The notes beneath the pieces were generated by a model, which ran no database searches, had not been told where the DNA came from, and saw nothing but the letters and a program-made list of their open reading frames with translations. From NCBI GenBank assembly GCA_002256025.1, contig NKIB01012895.1, positions 1 through 64,000 of the forward strand: a DNA stretch of 64,000 nt, in the 5' to 3' direction. The translations under genes were made by a program, and so were the position numbers. Positions 60,001 to 64,000 of this stretch are shown here, one piece after another; positions within the stretch are counted from its first letter, which is position 1, and every line of letters begins with the position of its first letter. The DNA comes from Asterionella formosa (taxonomy: Eukaryota).

Positions 60001-61766
60001 CCTGTCTTTTTCATGTAGTCCCTAGGGTTCCGGGGTTTGCGGCTGACGAAAAGACAGTTCCTGTTGTACACCAACAAATGGATGAATAAGACCGGTCATA
60101 CTAATTGTGTCCATTTATTTGGGCCCAAGTGCAATTATTGGATAGCTTTAATGCACTATAAAATTCCATTGACATTTTTAAATAGATTGGACATAGCATC
60201 ACTGAACTACCTATTATCGTGCAACAGTTGGCACATTTCTAGACATACTGTGTATTATAAGGCTTACTATATAATGTTAACCTTCTTTCAGGCTCGACTT
60301 GTTCTTATTCTCATCATAGAGGCGGCTTTCACACCAATACACATGGTGTATGTATAAGTCAACCATATGTAGTACATATTATATTTGTACATGGGATTGA
60401 TCATGATTAGTAAAGCAACAAGTAATGCCATGATGCATAACTTCTAGCATGTAGCTCATAGTACATATTGCATTATGTACCCAAGACTAATATGACTAGT
60501 ACGTCATAACTATTGGTACACATGTACCTCTAAATTAAATGTAGCAATGCTAGGCTAAATTCTAGTACTAAGTAAATACGAGTACAACAACAGCTCATGG
60601 AACAAAAAAAGAAGCTCTGAGTACTCTTGACACCTAGTATTATGTAATTGGAACCTTCCCAGCATTATGGCCTGCTGTATGAGTCCCCAGTGATTCCCAC
60701 TAATCATGCTGAGCTAATATAGATGCACTAATCTTTAAGTTCATAATTTATAATTAACTGCTCCGTATTGTTTGTAATAATCAATTCACAATAACAAACA
60801 AACAAGCACTTACTTAAATCCTGACAATCCTACTAGGGCACCAATTGCTGCACGGGTTGCTTGATCAAATACTTTGGTTGTTCCTTCACTTGAAAGAAGA
60901 CAAGCTTCTTTCGAATTAGAGTGGGCAAGGTTACCACCACCATGAGCAAGTTTTGGGTGAAGGAGGCAGAGTCATACATTTAAGCCTGCCTCACAAAGTC
61001 TGACAAAAGTTACCAGTTCCACATCACATGCACTGGTACGGCGTACCTGCTCGAAGTCCTACCAGGTTCCACGGAGCTAGCAACCGATGAATGTAGTTGG
61101 AGCTCGTACCGTTCGCATCACGGAAAGCAATCATGGTCCAAATAGTATGCTTCTGTTTGTATATATACAAAAGTTGCGGTCATTTTGCTCTAACTAACAT
61201 TTTGATCTCGGATAAAGATAGCTAAATCTTTAGTTTCAGCAAAATTACCTCAGCTTGCAAGGTTGCTTCGTGCATCATTTACCGGTACAGCTATCTTTTG
61301 ATTGATGATATTGCTTCCACTCCTTATCTATACTGTACAGTAGCACCGGTAATACGACGTAGTGTACCGGTAGCAGTGTACAACGGTATAACGGTATAAC
61401 GGTAAACCGGTGGTGAACACACGATCGAGTACTGCAATATGATAAAGGCGATGAATGCATAATATTATCGTTGGACAAATCCCCATTGCCTGCAACCGTA
61501 TTGTTCCAGTGTTGCTATTCGCTGCATTTCGTTGTTATTCCTTCCATTACCACACTTTATCGCTGAGAGATAATAAGAGAGAGAGAGAGAGAAAGATCAT
61601 TGTGTGATTGCTTCTACCGTAATACCAACAAAGCAATCATCGAATCCAGCGTCCGACTCGTTCGACTACCATTGCGGCATCACTTCCTCTTCGACAACGT
61701 CGTGGTGCGGCGACGACGACGCCTGGTTCACTACTAGTTTACGACGACAATAACGAACATCCTATC

Positions 61767-62715
61767 ATGGAGGACTTTGATGCATTGAAACGCGAAGCTA
61801 CCAAATTGGAACGCCATTTGGAAGAAAAGGTTGCCAAATATCAACAGGTATGTACCTATGTATAGAGTATACCTGATATGGTCCTCTGTACTAGACTATA
61901 TATATAGTAGTTACCGTAGTACAAGTGCATGTCACGGGACTATTGCCATCGAGAAATGGCATAGTGAGATACTGGATACATACTAAACTAGTACTACCCG
62001 ATAGTACTTGTTGTCACTGGAGCACTCACTCAAATCTCTTTCTTTCACATACACACAGCTCGCTCAACGGGTATCCAACAATAAGGAGAACAGCAGCAAC
62101 AACATTGACACATCCTTGGATAAACTCCTTTCCAATGCTGAAAGCGGCAGCATCATGATGCTCCTCCCTTTGGAGGAAGAAGCTGCCTTACGATCTGAAA
62201 TTCAAAGAACTCTCAATGCTCTTAATGACTTATTACAAACCAAATTATCTCCAGCTGCCGAACGATCTAATAAATCACAACATGTGTTGCTAGTGAAACG
62301 ATATCGTGAAATATTGTTTGATTTGACTGGTGATTTTAACAAAGCACAACAATTATGGACACGCAAACGTGAAGAAATGGAACTCTTTGCTGGAGCCAAT
62401 GGCTTTTCCCTTACTTCTAATAATCAACAAGATCCTGCTATGGAACAATTGTTGAGAGAACGGAATCATATTCAAAATTCGTTGACAAGCTCATCGGCAG
62501 TTATTAATCAAGCCATGGAAGTTCATTCTGATTTGAGACAACAAGGATCGTCTTTGAGGGGGGTGTCTGGGAAAATGGCAAGTATTATGAACAACATTCC
62601 CGGATTGAATCGATTGGTGGACAACATTCGGCGTAAGAAAGGACGAGATGATATGATTGTATCTGGTGTCATTGCATCTTGTATTTTATTTACTTTGTGG
62701 TATGTGTTTGGATAA
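61767..62715 (+). CDS. GOS1: Golgi SNAP receptor complex member 1 (GOS1/GS28, Qb-SNARE); exons 61767-61847 and 62059-62715
   Basis: MEDFDALKREATKLERHLEEKVAKYQQ|LAQ..., LVKRYREILFD, QLLRERNHI, IPGLNRLVDNIRRKKGRDDMIVSGVIASCILFTLWY (SNARE motif plus C-terminal TM anchor); intron GTATGT...CAG. Confidence 0.93.
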
Positions 62716-63056
62716 AGTGGGTGGAAATGGTAAAACAGAGAGACATTCAAAATAATAAAAAAATGTAAGAAGGACTAGATACCGGTAGTTTGGCATATAT
62801 AAACATATATATATTTTTTAAACAAAATAATCATACATTGTAAACATATTTATACGGGATATTCAAAATGTTGCTTGGTATTCATTGATCCACATCGTAC
62901 CATGACGCTTCGCATTGTCTATAATATATTGCCGGATCTATTCTCGTTGTTTCACAGTTGTTTTAACCAACATGGCATTGTGTCCCCAACAAACAAACAA
63001 GTACATAAATACCGGCACTACTTTGCCTTCAAATTAAATTATTATTTCGTCGTCAA

Positions 63057-64000
63057 TCACGCCAACCCGAGCGCTTTGAGACGTTCTGCATTCCGAGCCA
63101 CTCGCTCCGCACGCATACGTTCATATTCACTTAACTCAATTTCTTCTTCGGAACTATCCTCATTGGATTGATGGTCTCGCTTTTTTGCCTTTTTACCCTC
63201 GAATATACCAAATGAAGGAATATTCTTGTCAATGTAGTAAATATCATTGGGAATGATCACACCTGAACTCATGGGAGAATCCATAGACATCGGTTCCATA
63301 GCTGTCACATGGCCGGATTGGATCAAACCCCGAAGGACCCACCGCACAGCGGGGACTATGTAGGTGGAACGGATTTCCCAAACGACTCCATCTGGTGTGC
63401 CATCCACAATGACACGACCAAGATATGGTGGAAACGAGTCATTCGCATACTCGCCATATCCACTCTCCGAAAATAGTTGTTTCGAACAATGCTTGTATGA
63501 TTTGGCATAGTACAATTCATGCGCCATTTCAAGTTGGGCTTCCAACTTTTTCCGACTTATCGCGACAAGCGGTTCCAGTGGTCCATCATCGTTCGGAAGC
63601 GGAATACGACTATCATTGGGGAGATAGTATTCCAATGTCAAACCACTCTTGTTTGCCTGCTTTGATCCCCCTCTACCATCGTCTGTCGCATGAGACGCTC
63701 TGGCGGATCGGCGAACGGAAGACTTTTCTTCTTCCTCGATCAACCGTTGTAATTCTAGAATTTCTTCCATCTCTTCCCGTCGCTTCTTTTCTGCAGGATC
63801 TTCCTTTTCTTCACCCTTGTGGCGGCAGTTCCATTCTGGAGTCAAGGAAAAGAGACTGGGATCGGATATAATAGGCAACTCAGCGAAAGGCCCCTTCAAT
63901 CCAGAGGACTCATTCAATACATTCTGCAAACGTAATGGCATCATCTTGGCCTGTAAAGCATAGTCCTCTTTGATGCTGCTTCCACCAGCCTTGCGTTTTC
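63057..64000 (-). CDS. 3' part of an unknown, probably nuclear protein; 5' end beyond the window
   Basis: Frame open to the window edge. The C-terminus ELSEYERMRAERVARNAERLKALGL is a helical motif seen in many chromatin-associated proteins. Confidence 0.75.
   Translation of the reverse strand, partial: KRKAGGSSIKEDYALQAKMMPLRLQNVLNESSGLKGPFAELPIISDPSLFSLTPEWNCRHKGEEKEDPAEKKRREEMEEILELQRLIEEEEKSSVRRSARASHATDDGRGGSKQANKSGLTLEYYLPNDSRIPLPNDDGPLEPLVAISRKKLEAQLEMAHELYYAKSYKHCSKQLFSESGYGEYANDSFPPYLGRVIVDGTPDGVVWEIRSTYIVPAVRWVLRGLIQSGHVTAMEPMSMDSPMSSGVIIPNDIYYIDKNIPSFGIFEGKKAKKRDHQSNEDSSEEEIELSEYERMRAERVARNAERLKALGLA

Overview
Eukaryotic nuclear DNA, most likely from a diatom or other ochrophyte. 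The evidence is short GT-AG introns, a nucleus-encoded plastid rpl15 with a bipartite signal/ASAFAP-like presequence, and diatom-style TE relics. Intact-looking genes: a GPI-anchored GH72 glucanosyltransferase, plastid L15, a ~2050-aa formin with unusual architecture, a GH99 endomannosidase-like enzyme, a 911-aa repeat protein, two tandem paralogous secreted pre-pro-proteins with 8-Cys modules, a 2OG-Fe(II) oxygenase, a YchJ/SEC-C protein, the Golgi SNARE GOS1, an intron-containing tRNA-Phe and a gene truncated by the window end. Much of the remainder is decayed mobile DNA (pogo DD35D, copia RNase H + LTR, non-LTR RNase H, several TIR elements, one carrying captured LRR fragments), plus a damaged M11 metalloprotease gene. 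Most notable: (i) about 21 copies of the palindrome TACCGGTA and several (TACCWGG)n arrays, essentially confined to non-coding DNA and possibly accumulated transposon footprints; (ii) the RXL/polybasic-flanked 8-Cys secreted family; (iii) the FH1-less formin with CCDC53-like and WH2-like repeats. All assignments are by eye, with no database searches.
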